Shown: positions 18,467 to 28,673 of the stretch, in pieces
How the letters are laid out: each line of letters starts with the position of its first letter
How positions within the stretch are numbered: position 1 is the stretch's first letter
Virus record (IMG/VR): IMGVR_UViG_3300023208_000003
Location: 1 to 64,000 of that record
Direction: 5' to 3' (one strand)
DNA length: 64,000 bases
From: a virus
Notes under the pieces: generated by a model
Told to the model about the DNA's origin: nothing
The model's database searches: none
Seen by the model: the letters and a program-made list of their open reading frames with translations, nothing else
Translations under genes and position numbers: made by a program

Positions 18467-18681
18467 ATTACCTTTACATATTTGTTAATTAACAGTGTTT
18501 CAATTTTATCAAGCGCTTGTTTTAAATCGTTAGCATATGACGCGTTTCTTTCCAAAAGAAAAATCCAACTATCATAAAGTGTATTTTTAATCTCTAAAAG
18601 CTGCTCAGCTGGTAGTGAAGCCCAAGTATCGGGGTGAGGAATTGTATTGCTATCTTCAGGAGCAGATGAAATGACTTTCAT
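18463..18681 (-). CDS. hypothetical protein
   Basis: 72 aa, ATGA overlap with the NTase gene. Confidence 0.65.
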   Translation of the reverse strand: MKVISSAPEDSNTIPHPDTWASLPAEQLLEIKNTLYDSWIFLLERNASYANDLKQALDKIETLLINKYVKVI

Positions 18682-18708
18682 TTTAAATCTCGATTAAAAA
18701 CTATGTTG

Positions 18709-18733
18709 TATTTATTATGACAACCAATAAATA
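18709..18733. promoter_or_regulatory. divergent late-like promoters
   Basis: TATTTAT 18709-18715 and ATAAATA 18727-18733. Confidence 0.6.
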
Positions 18734-18769
18734 AATCAAACAATAATATCTTTGTGAGCGTCAATCAAC

Positions 18770-19138
18770 ATGAGACTTTTTGAAATTAAGCAACTTAACG
18801 AAGGACTAGTTCCTATTCATCTTACGATGATTCTTCGTGAAATCATAGCTGCCGGTAAAGCAACGAATACCGTACATTTTGTTATTCTTGCCCAACTCAT
18901 CGAATTTTTTAAGTACTGCTCAGCAACAGCAATTCATAATTACAATGAGCATCCTTCTAATAAGGAACTCTTAGACTCTATCAAAGAACTTTCTGATAAA
19001 GATCAAACTGGGTTAGCAACTTGGTTATTAGAAAGATTTGAAGCTGGAGAGCTTGAAGCTGAACAATGCGCCCAATGGGCATGTCCTCAAATGACATTGA
19101 ACCAATGGGTAGGTTGGGTACTGCGAAAACAAGATTGA
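18770..19138 (+). CDS. hypothetical protein
   Basis: 122 aa; N-terminus MRLFEIKQLNEG. Confidence 0.7.
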   Translation: MRLFEIKQLNEGLVPIHLTMILREIIAAGKATNTVHFVILAQLIEFFKYCSATAIHNYNEHPSNKELLDSIKELSDKDQTGLATWLLERFEAGELEAEQCAQWACPQMTLNQWVGWVLRKQD

Positions 19139-19187
19139 AGTAATATAACGAAGTACGCAGTGCCTCTTTTAATTTTCTGGAGGCAAT

Positions 19188-19976
19188 ATGACAAAACGTG
19201 CGTTATCTTCTAAACAAAAATATCCACAAGATATCAAGGAGAATGAATTAAGCTTAAAAAGAAAAATACTTTCCAAAAATTCAGCACAATCCTATTATCT
19301 AGATTGTCTTGAGCATGAGACAATTACATTTGGTGTCGGGCCTGCAGGTACCGGCAAAACCTATTTGGCCGTTGGCGTCGCTCTTAAAAAACTCATAGCG
19401 AACCAAGTTGCCCGTTTAGTAATAACGCGTCCTGTTGTTGAAGCAGGCGAAAAGCTTGGTTTTCTACCTGGCACACTCGAAGAAAAAATTCACCCATATT
19501 TACTGCCAATTGTTGATTCTATCGAAGATTGGGTAGGTCCAACAAAAGCTAAGCAACTCTTTACAGGAGGAAAAATAGAGGTCGCCCCTCTAGCTTACAT
19601 GCGAGGCCGCACATTCAATGACAGCTTTCTTATTCTTGATGAAGCACAAAATGCAACAGTAGAACAAATGAGAATGTTTCTTACACGCTTTGGTTATGGA
19701 ACATTTGTTGCAGTTAATGGAGATTTGACACAGTCGGATTTACCAAATAGCGCAATTCGTGAAAATGGATTAAGATGGGCTGCCAGAAAATTAAGTGGCA
19801 AACTCTCAAACATTTGTGTAGTTAACTTTAAGGAGGAAGATATCGTAAGACACCCACTCATCACCGATATTTTAAAACACTTGGATTCACCGGACCCAAG
19901 AGTCACCAATTTTAAGTCAAAAGGAGATTTTGTTACCCAAAAACAAGAGATGTCATTGTTAGTTGCAAGTGCTTAA
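19188..19976 (+). CDS. phoH: PhoH family ATPase
   Basis: GPAGTGKT, TRP, GFLPG, RGRTF, ILDEAQN and GDLTQSD motifs. Confidence 0.95.
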   Translation: MTKRALSSKQKYPQDIKENELSLKRKILSKNSAQSYYLDCLEHETITFGVGPAGTGKTYLAVGVALKKLIANQVARLVITRPVVEAGEKLGFLPGTLEEKIHPYLLPIVDSIEDWVGPTKAKQLFTGGKIEVAPLAYMRGRTFNDSFLILDEAQNATVEQMRMFLTRFGYGTFVAVNGDLTQSDLPNSAIRENGLRWAARKLSGKLSNICVVNFKEEDIVRHPLITDILKHLDSPDPRVTNFKSKGDFVTQKQEMSLLVASA

Positions 19977-19978
19977 CG

Positions 19979-19985
19979 ATAAATA
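19979..19985 (+). promoter_or_regulatory. late-like promoter ATAAATA
   Basis: Immediately after the phoH stop, about 90 nt before a structural gene. Confidence 0.55.
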
Positions 19986-20002
19986 GTTAAGCAACTAATT
20001 TT

Positions 20003-20043
20003 AAGGAGGGTTGCTAAAAAACCGGGGCAGCCCTCCTTTTTTA
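20003..20043 (+). terminator. intrinsic terminator
   Basis: aaggagggttgc / gcagccctcctt stem, 12-nt loop, T-run. Confidence 0.75.
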
Positions 20044-20075
20044 TGCACGTGAACCGGCGCGTCTAGGAGAAAAAT

Positions 20076-21572
20076 ATGACAAATTATGTTATTAAACACA
20101 CAGATGATACTCTTCCAGCTATTGAGCTTGTTCCAAATACAACAATAACTCCAATACATCCTGCTTCGCAAACTAGCTTAACACTTTTTGGTAAAGGCGC
20201 TGCTAATTATGGCGAAGGTCAACAACAAAATTTCTTACAAATTCTTGAAAATTTTGCGCTTGATACTCCTCCAGTCCACCCTCAAAAGGGTCAGCTTTGG
20301 TATAACACGATTGAAAAACGCGTTAAGGTTTATGATGGAAATCACTGGAAACCAGTATCAGGCATTATTGTTGACGATGGTTTACCAACAGAGCCACCAG
20401 CTTTTGATTTCGGAGATTTTTGGTGGGATACTACATCACAAAAACTTAAAACTTGGGATGGTGGAAAATGGGTAGTTGTTTATCCAGTTCCAATCAGAGT
20501 TGCTTATATTGACGAATACAATGATATTGTTTCAACAATTAATCAAATTATTGGAGCTCCTCAAGGCAGTACGTCAGCTGATGCAATTGGTTATGGTCAA
20601 ACACCTATTTCAAGCTGGCCAACAGATATCGAATTAAAAAATGACGATTGGACATTTTTACTTGACATTATACGTCGAATTGGGCAAATTGAAGGTCAAC
20701 CTTCTGATATTGTTTCAGACGTTAGTGCGTTTGGATTTATTCATGATAACACAAGCGCGATTTCTTTTGGAATCATTACATCAATCCAAAACTTCACAAC
20801 TACGTATAATACATTAAACATTTTTAAAGATAATGTTAATTCATTTGGCTATTATGGTTCACCAGTTTTATTTGATTCACAAGCTTTAACAATAGGTTCT
20901 CCGCAACGAACTGCTGCGTGGAATTCAACAAAGAGCTTTACTGAAACATTTACATTTACTAGTGCAACTGCAGCAAAAGCATTTTTTAACACGGGTGGTT
21001 TATTAACTCTTGGAGGTTCCGTAGACACAACTGGACAACCTCCAGGCAGTCCTGGTGAAGCGTGGACTTCCTTATTTGCTGAAATGGGGCAAATCTCAAT
21101 TGGTAAAATTGCAACTTTTCAAAATGGAAATGTTTATTTAAACTTCGGTGGTTCTGGAAACGTTGGAACTGGTGGATTTGGTCATGGGCCTTTTGGCACA
21201 GGAACATTCTTATTTGGCGGAAGTAATTTTATCCCAAATACTTCATCGTTGGGCTTCTATGATTTAACTAGCGTCAATCAAGTTTATTTCCAACTTATGA
21301 GTGAAGATGGATTTAGACAGCTAACAATTTATTTTCGTTTAATTAATGGCGGAACTACTGTTGAAGCAACTATTGAAATGGCTGTTTTACCAGGAATGCC
21401 AGGCCCAATAAATGGTCGCGTTCAATTAAATACCTACATAACAAAGTTAATTGACAGCAACGACCAAGCTGCGCTTTGGCAATTTTCATCAGGAAATCAT
21501 TGGAACGTACAAGTTGCTTTACCAGTTGTAGCAAAGGATCTAACTTCTACATTTTTAGATTCAAATCTTTAA
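20076..21572 (+). CDS. putative virion structural protein
   Basis: N-terminal LTLFGK..NYGE..QNF..ILENFA...P..P..GQLWYN domain shared with 34230-35657. Confidence 0.7.
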   Translation: MTNYVIKHTDDTLPAIELVPNTTITPIHPASQTSLTLFGKGAANYGEGQQQNFLQILENFALDTPPVHPQKGQLWYNTIEKRVKVYDGNHWKPVSGIIVDDGLPTEPPAFDFGDFWWDTTSQKLKTWDGGKWVVVYPVPIRVAYIDEYNDIVSTINQIIGAPQGSTSADAIGYGQTPISSWPTDIELKNDDWTFLLDIIRRIGQIEGQPSDIVSDVSAFGFIHDNTSAISFGIITSIQNFTTTYNTLNIFKDNVNSFGYYGSPVLFDSQALTIGSPQRTAAWNSTKSFTETFTFTSATAAKAFFNTGGLLTLGGSVDTTGQPPGSPGEAWTSLFAEMGQISIGKIATFQNGNVYLNFGGSGNVGTGGFGHGPFGTGTFLFGGSNFIPNTSSLGFYDLTSVNQVYFQLMSEDGFRQLTIYFRLINGGTTVEATIEMAVLPGMPGPINGRVQLNTYITKLIDSNDQAALWQFSSGNHWNVQVALPVVAKDLTSTFLDSNL

Positions 21573-21575
21573 TTA

Positions 21576-21604
21576 TGTACAATTAGAGAAATACATTATA
21601 AAAT
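21576..21604 (+). promoter_or_regulatory. sigma70-like early/middle promoter
   Basis: TGTACA-N17-TAAAAT. Confidence 0.6.
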
Positions 21605-21633
21605 AATCATAGTCTTATAAAAGGATAAAAACA

Positions 21634-22209
21634 ATGTCAAAGGTAATTGCTATTTCAGGAACACAAAATACTGGTAAATCTACCATTCTAAATGAACTAA
21701 ATGATTTAGATTGGGATGTTGATGATTTTAAAGTTTCACGCGTTATCCAAGCTGAATGGAATAAAACGCTTGCTGAAATCGTTCAATTTGAACAGCAAAT
21801 GATTGATTTTCAGGAAGAAGTTATTAAGCGAAAATATGAACATGATCTCGCGCTTGTTAATGATGGACACAATGATATTATTTTAACTGAGCGCTCATTT
21901 GCTGATATTGCAGCTTACGCTCAACAGTGGGTTGAGCAATCAGAAAATGATCTCTACGCGTGGTTAAATTCTTATCGTGAGCGCTGTAAAAAATATCAAC
22001 AAATTTATAGCGCTATTATTTTGCTTCGCCCATTTAAGAACATTAAATTTGAAAAAGATCCAAATAGAGACAGTGAGCAAAATCAAAGCAACATTGATAA
22101 GTTGCTAGATAAAAATTTAAAAGATTTTGACGTAAAAATTATTGAAATAACAGAGTCAAATCATAAAATACGTATATCACAAATTAGTAGAGCTTTAGCG
22201 GATATTTAA
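21634..22209 (+). CDS. P-loop NTPase (AAA_28 / nucleotide-kinase-like)
   Basis: GTQNTGKST Walker A and LTERSFAD. Confidence 0.7.
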   Translation: MSKVIAISGTQNTGKSTILNELNDLDWDVDDFKVSRVIQAEWNKTLAEIVQFEQQMIDFQEEVIKRKYEHDLALVNDGHNDIILTERSFADIAAYAQQWVEQSENDLYAWLNSYRERCKKYQQIYSAIILLRPFKNIKFEKDPNRDSEQNQSNIDKLLDKNLKDFDVKIIEITESNHKIRISQISRALADI

Positions 22210-22210
22210 A

Positions 22211-22816
22211 ATGACAGTTAAACAAAAGCAGCCGATATTTGGAATGTGTATTGATTGGGAAACAACTGGTATTGACTGGAATAATCCAACAAATACTCCA
22301 GTTAAATACCAAGGCATTTCATTTGGTCTTGTAATCTTTCGTTTCAAAAATTTTGAAATTGTTGATACATTGTATCGTGAAATTAAGTTTGTTGAATCTG
22401 AATACAAATGGGATGATTCAGCAGAAAAAATTCATGGGTTAAGTCGAGAACATCTCGAAGCAAATGGAATAAGTCAAGAAGACGCTCTGTGTGATTTCAT
22501 TGAATTTACTGAACCATATTTTGGTTCACCATTATCAAATGTTTGGTTAATGGGGCATCACATTGATTTTGATATTCGAATGACAGATCACCTGTTTAAA
22601 AAGTTTGGAATAGAACTTCCATTTGATAAGTTTTTTAAACTTGACACTGTCGCAGCATCAATGATTGCGTTTGGTGATTACAAATCAGAAGCGCTATTTC
22701 AACGCTTAGGGTTTGAAGAACGAACCACGCACAATGCACTTGAAGATGCAATTAAAACCGTAGAAGCTGCCCAAGCAATTCACGCGCTAGTACAAATAGG
22801 GTTAGGTGAAATTTAA
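22211..22816 (+). CDS. DEDDh 3'-5' exonuclease (DnaQ-like)
   Basis: IDWETTG, GHHIDFDI and HNALEDA motifs. Confidence 0.85.
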   Translation: MTVKQKQPIFGMCIDWETTGIDWNNPTNTPVKYQGISFGLVIFRFKNFEIVDTLYREIKFVESEYKWDDSAEKIHGLSREHLEANGISQEDALCDFIEFTEPYFGSPLSNVWLMGHHIDFDIRMTDHLFKKFGIELPFDKFFKLDTVAASMIAFGDYKSEALFQRLGFEERTTHNALEDAIKTVEAAQAIHALVQIGLGEI

Positions 22817-23004
22817 TGGATACATTTGTTTTTGATGGAACTGAAGTAACAAAAACTGGAAGAATAGCCTCACGTACAAAAATGCGGCGCTCTAAAACCG
22901 AAAATCAGGAAATTGAAATATTAGTTGAAGTTGTGCCAGTTGATGATCCTATTTGGAAAAAGTGGGTAAAGGAAACAGATCTTTTTTTAATTGAGCAAAA
23001 ATGA
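22816..23004 (+). CDS. hypothetical protein
   Basis: 62 aa, overlaps both neighbours. Confidence 0.65.
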   Translation: MDTFVFDGTEVTKTGRIASRTKMRRSKTENQEIEILVEVVPVDDPIWKKWVKETDLFLIEQK

Positions 23005-24104
23005 AAAATTTTATTACATATCGCTGTGATACTTGTAAGAGAACAAAAGATGTAAAAACTGACATTATTAGAAGCTTTATAAATCGCTGCACGATAACAT
23101 ATGGTTGTTTAGGGACTTTATTTCCAATTGGTTATAAAAGTGTTCGAAACATTTTACCTACTTCACCAGCGTCTGGTCTTGAAGATTGGAGACCGGCTAA
23201 TTCATCTATTATTAATGAAGCTCAGTCACAAGTAAATAATGTGTCTCTTTATTCAGGAATTGGTTCTGTTGCAATTGCTGTTAAGGGAATAAATGGTGAT
23301 ACGTTAGATGTTCAATTTTCAATTTTAAAAAATAATTCTCAGGATTTTCAGGATTTTACATTTGAAATGCCTGTTGCATTTACTATTATAAGTGGGCAAG
23401 ATAGCTCAATCCCTCGTAAAAATCTTCTTTTTAAACCAACTGATAGCTTACAGGTTTTTGTAAATGAAGTTGAATTTACTGAAGACGAACCTGGTGAAAC
23501 AGGTTTTATTCGCATTGATAATAACATTATCAAATTTAACGTTGAACAACCACCTCAGTCTATAGTAAGAGTTGCTGCGTTTTCAGCAGTTAATCTCGAT
23601 AGCATAACTCTTAGATTAGTAAGAGTTTCTGGTTTAAATTTTGAAGGAAATGCTTGGGGTAATATTGACAACTTTACATTTGAATCAGATGATAAATATT
23701 ACATCTATGCAACGAAAGATTTATCAGCTATACCGGTTAACTCGACTTTAAAGATATTTCCTGGCAATCAAGCAAAGGTAAATGTGGGGAGCGGGCACGC
23801 TGATATACCAGTTGATAATATGTTCTTTTTACTTGCTGATGAACCATATAGTCGCGTTGACCGTAATATGCGTCAATTTGTAAGACTTGAAAGCATTGGA
23901 ACTTCTCAAGATTTTCAAATTGATTATAAGCAAACAGCTAACGAAGGCTTGTTATTAACAGGCAAAGCTGAAATAATTGATAGCGTGTTACCAATATTTT
24001 TTTCACTGAGAGTAATTGATGTAAATTTTGAATTAGATATTCCTACTAGCGTTGGTGTGACATCAGGTAGCGCGCATCCTAACATTATAGGACCGCATAA
24101 ATAA
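23001..24104 (+). CDS. hypothetical protein with N-terminal Cys4 motif
   Basis: 367 aa; CDTC...RCTITYGC. Confidence 0.7.
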   Translation: MKNFITYRCDTCKRTKDVKTDIIRSFINRCTITYGCLGTLFPIGYKSVRNILPTSPASGLEDWRPANSSIINEAQSQVNNVSLYSGIGSVAIAVKGINGDTLDVQFSILKNNSQDFQDFTFEMPVAFTIISGQDSSIPRKNLLFKPTDSLQVFVNEVEFTEDEPGETGFIRIDNNIIKFNVEQPPQSIVRVAAFSAVNLDSITLRLVRVSGLNFEGNAWGNIDNFTFESDDKYYIYATKDLSAIPVNSTLKIFPGNQAKVNVGSGHADIPVDNMFFLLADEPYSRVDRNMRQFVRLESIGTSQDFQIDYKQTANEGLLLTGKAEIIDSVLPIFFSLRVIDVNFELDIPTSVGVTSGSAHPNIIGPHK

Positions 24105-24115
24105 AGGAGTAATAC

Positions 24116-24532
24116 ATGTACTTTTACTTTTTAGACGCAACTGATGATTTAATTGAAAAAATTTGTCCACGTTTAATAAAATATGGAATTGAACGTGTTT
24201 CAGTTGTTTCAAAAGATTTTGACCACGATATTTCAGCGCTAGTTAGTGCTGAAACAATGATTGAAAATATTACAGGCGCTAATATTTCTCAACTTCAAAA
24301 TCTTGAAAGAAAATACAATTCTAATTTCTTTCCAAAAAGCTTACATTTAGATTTTTTTCCTGATGATTCTGTAGAATCAAATGATGTAGATGAAAATCCT
24401 GTTATAAGAGAACTAAGAATGGAAGATTATCTTGAAACAGAATATAATTTAAACGTTAATACTAACTCTCATCTTAACATTAAGTTATACTTGCACCCCA
24501 GCTCAACTCACGAACAATCAAATGTCCATTGA
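24116..24532 (+). CDS. hypothetical protein
   Basis: 138 aa, AAGGAG SD. Confidence 0.7.
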   Translation: MYFYFLDATDDLIEKICPRLIKYGIERVSVVSKDFDHDISALVSAETMIENITGANISQLQNLERKYNSNFFPKSLHLDFFPDDSVESNDVDENPVIRELRMEDYLETEYNLNVNTNSHLNIKLYLHPSSTHEQSNVH

Positions 24533-24923
24533 ACAAGGTAAGTACTTTTTTAAAATTAAAGTGGCTCTATCAAGTGATGATTTTAAGAATTACACGTTAA
24601 CTAAATTTTTTCCTGATGGGCAAGAAGCTGAGTTAGAATCAATTACTTACAACAATTATAAAGATTGTGCAGATACTATAAGCGGCATTATTCAAGATAT
24701 TGCTGTTGAATTGAATTCAAAAAGTGATAATACTTTTTCAATAACTTGGGAAGCGAATCCTAAGTTTGACACAAAAAACAGAGCCCGTAATAATTCAGTA
24801 CGCTCAATGCCTTGGCGTGACAATGAAATTATTAGAATGTACATTATCAATGTTTCTGCATTTAAAACTAAAAATATAACTGCAAATGCATTTGGTTCTA
24901 TATTTAACAATTTGCAAGATTAA
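24522..24923 (+). CDS. hypothetical protein
   Basis: 133 aa, overlapping start. Confidence 0.65.
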   Translation: MSIEQGKYFFKIKVALSSDDFKNYTLTKFFPDGQEAELESITYNNYKDCADTISGIIQDIAVELNSKSDNTFSITWEANPKFDTKNRARNNSVRSMPWRDNEIIRMYIINVSAFKTKNITANAFGSIFNNLQD

Positions 24924-24927
24924 TTGT

Positions 24928-24956
24928 TTTACTTTCAATAGTTTAAGTTGTATAAT
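24928..24956 (+). promoter_or_regulatory. T4-early-like sigma70 promoter
   Basis: GTT-TTTACT-N17-TATAAT upstream of the dsbA-like/pol operon. Confidence 0.7.
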
Positions 24957-24996
24957 ACAACCTTAAATCTATCTCACCAACAAATAGGAGACTACC

Positions 24997-25290
24997 ATGG
25001 CTAAACAAGCTAAAGCAGAGTCGCGCGACTTGACAAGCATTATTAACAATCCTTCTGATCGTGTAAAGCTTCAGAATTTTGTTGATGAAGCTGCAAATTG
25101 TATGACTCGAATTGCTGATGAGCGCCTTTCAATTAAGGACATTCGAGATGAAGCGATTGACAAACTCGGTATTGATCCAAAGCTTTTCAATTTTCTTGTA
25201 AAAACAACATTTGATAATTCTTCAAGCGAAAAGAAAGCTGAAATTGAAGCTTTCGAAATTGCACTTACAACTTTTTTTAACATGGAATAA
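24997..25290 (+). CDS. dsbA: DsbA/GapR-like double-stranded DNA-binding protein
   Basis: 97 aa, helical; RIADERLSIKDIRDEAIDKLGIDPKLFNFLVK pattern; replication gene context. Confidence 0.55.
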   Translation: MAKQAKAESRDLTSIINNPSDRVKLQNFVDEAANCMTRIADERLSIKDIRDEAIDKLGIDPKLFNFLVKTTFDNSSSEKKAEIEAFEIALTTFFNME

Positions 25291-25293
25291 CGC

Positions 25294-27699
25294 ATGTCAT
25301 ATATCGGAGCATCAATAAGCGCCGATGAATCAAAAGTTTTAGTGTGGGAACGTATTAATGGCGAGCGTGTTGTCAAAGAATACGATATTCCATATTATTT
25401 CTATTATCCTGATGAAAATGGTCCGTACACATCAATGTACGGTGACACTCTATCAAAAAAAGAAATCTATTCAGAATTTCAATATACAAGAAAAGAATGG
25501 GATAAAATTCGCGATTCACATTTAGCAGAGTTTGGAAAGCTCTTTGAATCTGATATTGACCCCGTAGTAAAAGTTCTTATGAATAATTACTACGGAAAAC
25601 CAGCTCCTAATCTAAATGTAGGTTTTATCGATATTGAAGTTGACGCTGACCCAAATATTGGGTTCTCAACTATCAATAATCCGTATTCTGAAATTACTGC
25701 GATAACAATCTACAAGCGCTGGCTTGATGAATATATCGTACTTGCCGTTCCCCCTAAAGAATATAAAGGCAATCTTGGTGAAACGTTAAGTCTTGATGAA
25801 TTTGATGATTACAAAGATGAGAAAGCTAAGCTTTTTCTTTTCAAATCTGAAAAAGAACTTTTAGGTAGATTCATAACAGAAATTAGAGATGTTGACGTTT
25901 TAACCGGTTGGAACTCTGAGTTTTACGATATGCCAATGTTACTACGTCGAGTTGCCCATGTTCTTGACGGAGTTTCAATAAAATCTAACTCTCAAGAAAA
26001 TACATACGCTCCAACATTATTTCGTTTTGATGATTACAAAAAAATTAACAATCAAGTTAAACATTTCTGCTTTGAAAAAGCAACTCCACCAAGTTTAAAA
26101 ATAAAGCCTGATCGCTTCGGTGTTGACTCTATCGTAAGTAAAATTTGGGGGAGAAGTCACCTTGATTACCTTCGTCTTTTCAAAAAATTTACGTTTGAGG
26201 GCAGAACGTCTTGGTCATTAAACTCAGTTCTTGAAGATGAGCTAAACATTCAAAAGCTTTCATATGAAGGAACTCTTATTGACCTATATCGAAAGGATTT
26301 TGAGCACTACATTAAGTACAACTTAGTTGACGTAGTTGGTCTTAAGCGACTTGATGATAAGCGAAAATTCATTCAGCTTGCCAATAACATGGCGCATCAA
26401 AACACCGTTCTTTTAGAGAGCGTGTTAGGTACTGTATTAATAACTGAAACAGGCGTCGCTAATCACGCTCATAACGTTCTTAATGTCATTGTGTGCGATA
26501 AGCCAAAACATAAGTCGCATGATAAAGTAGAAGGAGCAATTGTTCTTAATCCAAAAATCGGATTGCATTGGTGGTTAGGATCGGTTGATATCAATTCTCT
26601 ATATCCAAATACTATTAGAAGCATTAATATTTCTCCTGAGTGTATTATTGGTCAGTTTGAAGAATTTGAAAAAGCATGGTTTGGAATTCGTAATAAAGAC
26701 AATCAGCAGTATACTTTAGCATTTGAAGAACCAGGAAAAACTCGTACTTTAACTGGAGCTGAGTGGAATGAAGAGTTGTTAAAGTCTTCATGGGCCGTTT
26801 CAGCTTATGGCACTGTCTTTAACCAAGAAAAAGAAGGAATAATTCCTTCGATGTTAGGATACTGGTACAGTGAACGTAAGAAAATGCAGGCTGAAAAGAA
26901 AAAATGGACAAAGAAAATTATCGAGCTAAAAGAAGCAGGTGCAAGTAAAGAAGAAATAACTGAAGCACGTGTAAAAGAAGAAGAATTTGATTTGTTACAA
27001 CACACAATGAAAATTTCCTTGAACTCAGCTTATGGCGCGCTTCTCAATTTATTCTTTCGATTTAGTGATCCACGAATGGGGGCTTCTGTTACTGCTACTG
27101 GACGTCAAATTACAACGCATATGATGGGTATAATTGGTGAGGTAATTACTGGTTTATTTGCTGAACTTATAAAAACTACAACAGGCAAAAAAGAAGATTC
27201 AAATAAGGAAGATTTTGTAAATTTTATTGAATATGAAAATAAAGATTCTTATCTAGCTCTTCCATCATCAAGAGATATTAATGTTGTGATTGTTCAAAAT
27301 TCATACGTAACTGACAATGATGCTATAATTTATGGCGATACTGACTCCGTTGAGGAAAATTCTCTTATTACGATAAACGGAATTAAAGATACTTGCAAAA
27401 ATCACTGGCAAAATTTAAATGGAACTAGAATAGGTCATAAAAAGAAAGAATTTCTTTTAGGTAATTTCAAAACACTAGCGTTTGAAAATAATGAAATAAA
27501 AGAGAAAAACGTTAAAGCGTTTTATCGACATAAAGTAACAAAAGACAAATGGAAAATAACTCTTGAAAATAATCAATTTGTTATTGTAACAGAAGATCAT
27601 TCTATTATGGTAAAGCGTAACGGAAAACTAATAGAGGTAAAACCTCAAGATATAAATAGAGATACTGATATTTGTATCTCTATAAAGGAAACAAAATGA
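25294..27699 (+). CDS. 43: family B DNA polymerase, N-terminal gene, fused to the N-half of a split intein
   Basis: ExoI DIE, ExoII GWNSEFYD, ExoIII YNLVDV, motif A DINSLYP, motif B KISLNSAYG and motif C YGDTD followed by intein sequence. Confidence 0.92.
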   Translation: MSYIGASISADESKVLVWERINGERVVKEYDIPYYFYYPDENGPYTSMYGDTLSKKEIYSEFQYTRKEWDKIRDSHLAEFGKLFESDIDPVVKVLMNNYYGKPAPNLNVGFIDIEVDADPNIGFSTINNPYSEITAITIYKRWLDEYIVLAVPPKEYKGNLGETLSLDEFDDYKDEKAKLFLFKSEKELLGRFITEIRDVDVLTGWNSEFYDMPMLLRRVAHVLDGVSIKSNSQENTYAPTLFRFDDYKKINNQVKHFCFEKATPPSLKIKPDRFGVDSIVSKIWGRSHLDYLRLFKKFTFEGRTSWSLNSVLEDELNIQKLSYEGTLIDLYRKDFEHYIKYNLVDVVGLKRLDDKRKFIQLANNMAHQNTVLLESVLGTVLITETGVANHAHNVLNVIVCDKPKHKSHDKVEGAIVLNPKIGLHWWLGSVDINSLYPNTIRSINISPECIIGQFEEFEKAWFGIRNKDNQQYTLAFEEPGKTRTLTGAEWNEELLKSSWAVSAYGTVFNQEKEGIIPSMLGYWYSERKKMQAEKKKWTKKIIELKEAGASKEEITEARVKEEEFDLLQHTMKISLNSAYGALLNLFFRFSDPRMGASVTATGRQITTHMMGIIGEVITGLFAELIKTTTGKKEDSNKEDFVNFIEYENKDSYLALPSSRDINVVIVQNSYVTDNDAIIYGDTDSVEENSLITINGIKDTCKNHWQNLNGTRIGHKKKEFLLGNFKTLAFENNEIKEKNVKAFYRHKVTKDKWKITLENNQFVIVTEDHSIMVKRNGKLIEVKPQDINRDTDICISIKETK
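27346..27696 (+). mobile_element. split intein N-fragment (117 aa, Ser1)
   Basis: Block A-like SVEENSLI directly after YGDTD; block B VTEDHSIM; ends at stop 27697-27699. Confidence 0.88.
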
Positions 27700-28673
27700 T
27701 AGAATGTCTTGAATGCGGAAAAAAACTAAAAGTAATAAAACACACACATTTAAAATTTAAATGCACAGGCAAATTAAAAAATGTCGCAGAATATTTAACA
27801 AAGTATCCGAACGCTTTAACAGTTTCACCTGAAATAAGCGAAAAGATAGGTAAAGGAAACACTTTAGCTGGGTTTATTGAAAAATATGGTAGTGAAGAAG
27901 GTGAAAAACGGTTTAATCAATATCGTAAAAAGCTAAGTGACAAAAATTCATTTGAAAATATGTCTAAAAAACGTAATTGGACATTTAAACAATGGGACGA
28001 ATATAATAAAAGTAGAGGAATAACCGAACAAAATTTAATAAAAAAATATGGTGAGGAAGAAGGTAAAAAACGTTTTTCACAGTACTGTGAAAAACAAAAA
28101 GATGCTGGTAATTCATTAAAATATTTTGTTGAAAAATATGGTGAGGATGAAGGTTCTCAAAAATATCAAGAAGTCTGTAAATTAAAAGGCATTACTTTAG
28201 AAAATATGATACGGGTTCATGGAACAGATAAAGGACTAATTAAATATCATAAATGGCTTGAATCAACAAAGGGAAACTTTATTTCATTAACTGCTTCACA
28301 ATTTATAAAAGATATTACTGATGAATTACCAGATACCTTTATATTTCACGATGGAATTTATTCAAAAGAATTTTGTATCTATAATGAGCGTCCATTTTTA
28401 TTTGATTTTGTAATTACGGATCCAATTAAACTTTGTATAGAATTCAATGGAGATTTTTGGCACGCAAATCCAAAAGTCTATAAAAAAGATGATATAATAC
28501 CCTTGCGTGGTGGATCATTAACAGCTGGCGAAATTTGGACGCGAGACGCGCATAAGCTAAATCTGATAAAAAATAGAGGATTTGAAGTTTTGGTTATTTG
28601 GGAAAATGATTACTTATCAGATCGTAAAAACACTATTAAAAGAGTTCAAGAATGTATACAGTCTCTGAGTTAA
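27696..28673 (+). CDS. free-standing Vsr-like/PD-(D/E)XK homing endonuclease between the polymerase halves
   Basis: ATG at 27696 (ATGA overlap, AAGGA SD); CLECG...H..C finger, four KYGxEEG repeats, FDF...IEFNGDFWH and IWEND motifs. Confidence 0.8.
   Translation: MIECLECGKKLKVIKHTHLKFKCTGKLKNVAEYLTKYPNALTVSPEISEKIGKGNTLAGFIEKYGSEEGEKRFNQYRKKLSDKNSFENMSKKRNWTFKQWDEYNKSRGITEQNLIKKYGEEEGKKRFSQYCEKQKDAGNSLKYFVEKYGEDEGSQKYQEVCKLKGITLENMIRVHGTDKGLIKYHKWLESTKGNFISLTASQFIKDITDELPDTFIFHDGIYSKEFCIYNERPFLFDFVITDPIKLCIEFNGDFWHANPKVYKKDDIIPLRGGSLTAGEIWTRDAHKLNLIKNRGFEVLVIWENDYLSDRKNTIKRVQECIQSLS

Noticed and set aside
16555-22209. PRTase plus NadR-like P-loop protein as a complete NAD reconstitution pathway
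   Set aside because: No Nampt/Namat or NMN adenylyltransferase motifs recognised; the genes are in different transcription units.
27696-28673. Group I intron or programmed frameshift joining the polymerase halves
   Set aside because: Complete N- and C-intein motifs flank the break and explain it; there is no non-coding space for ribozyme structure.
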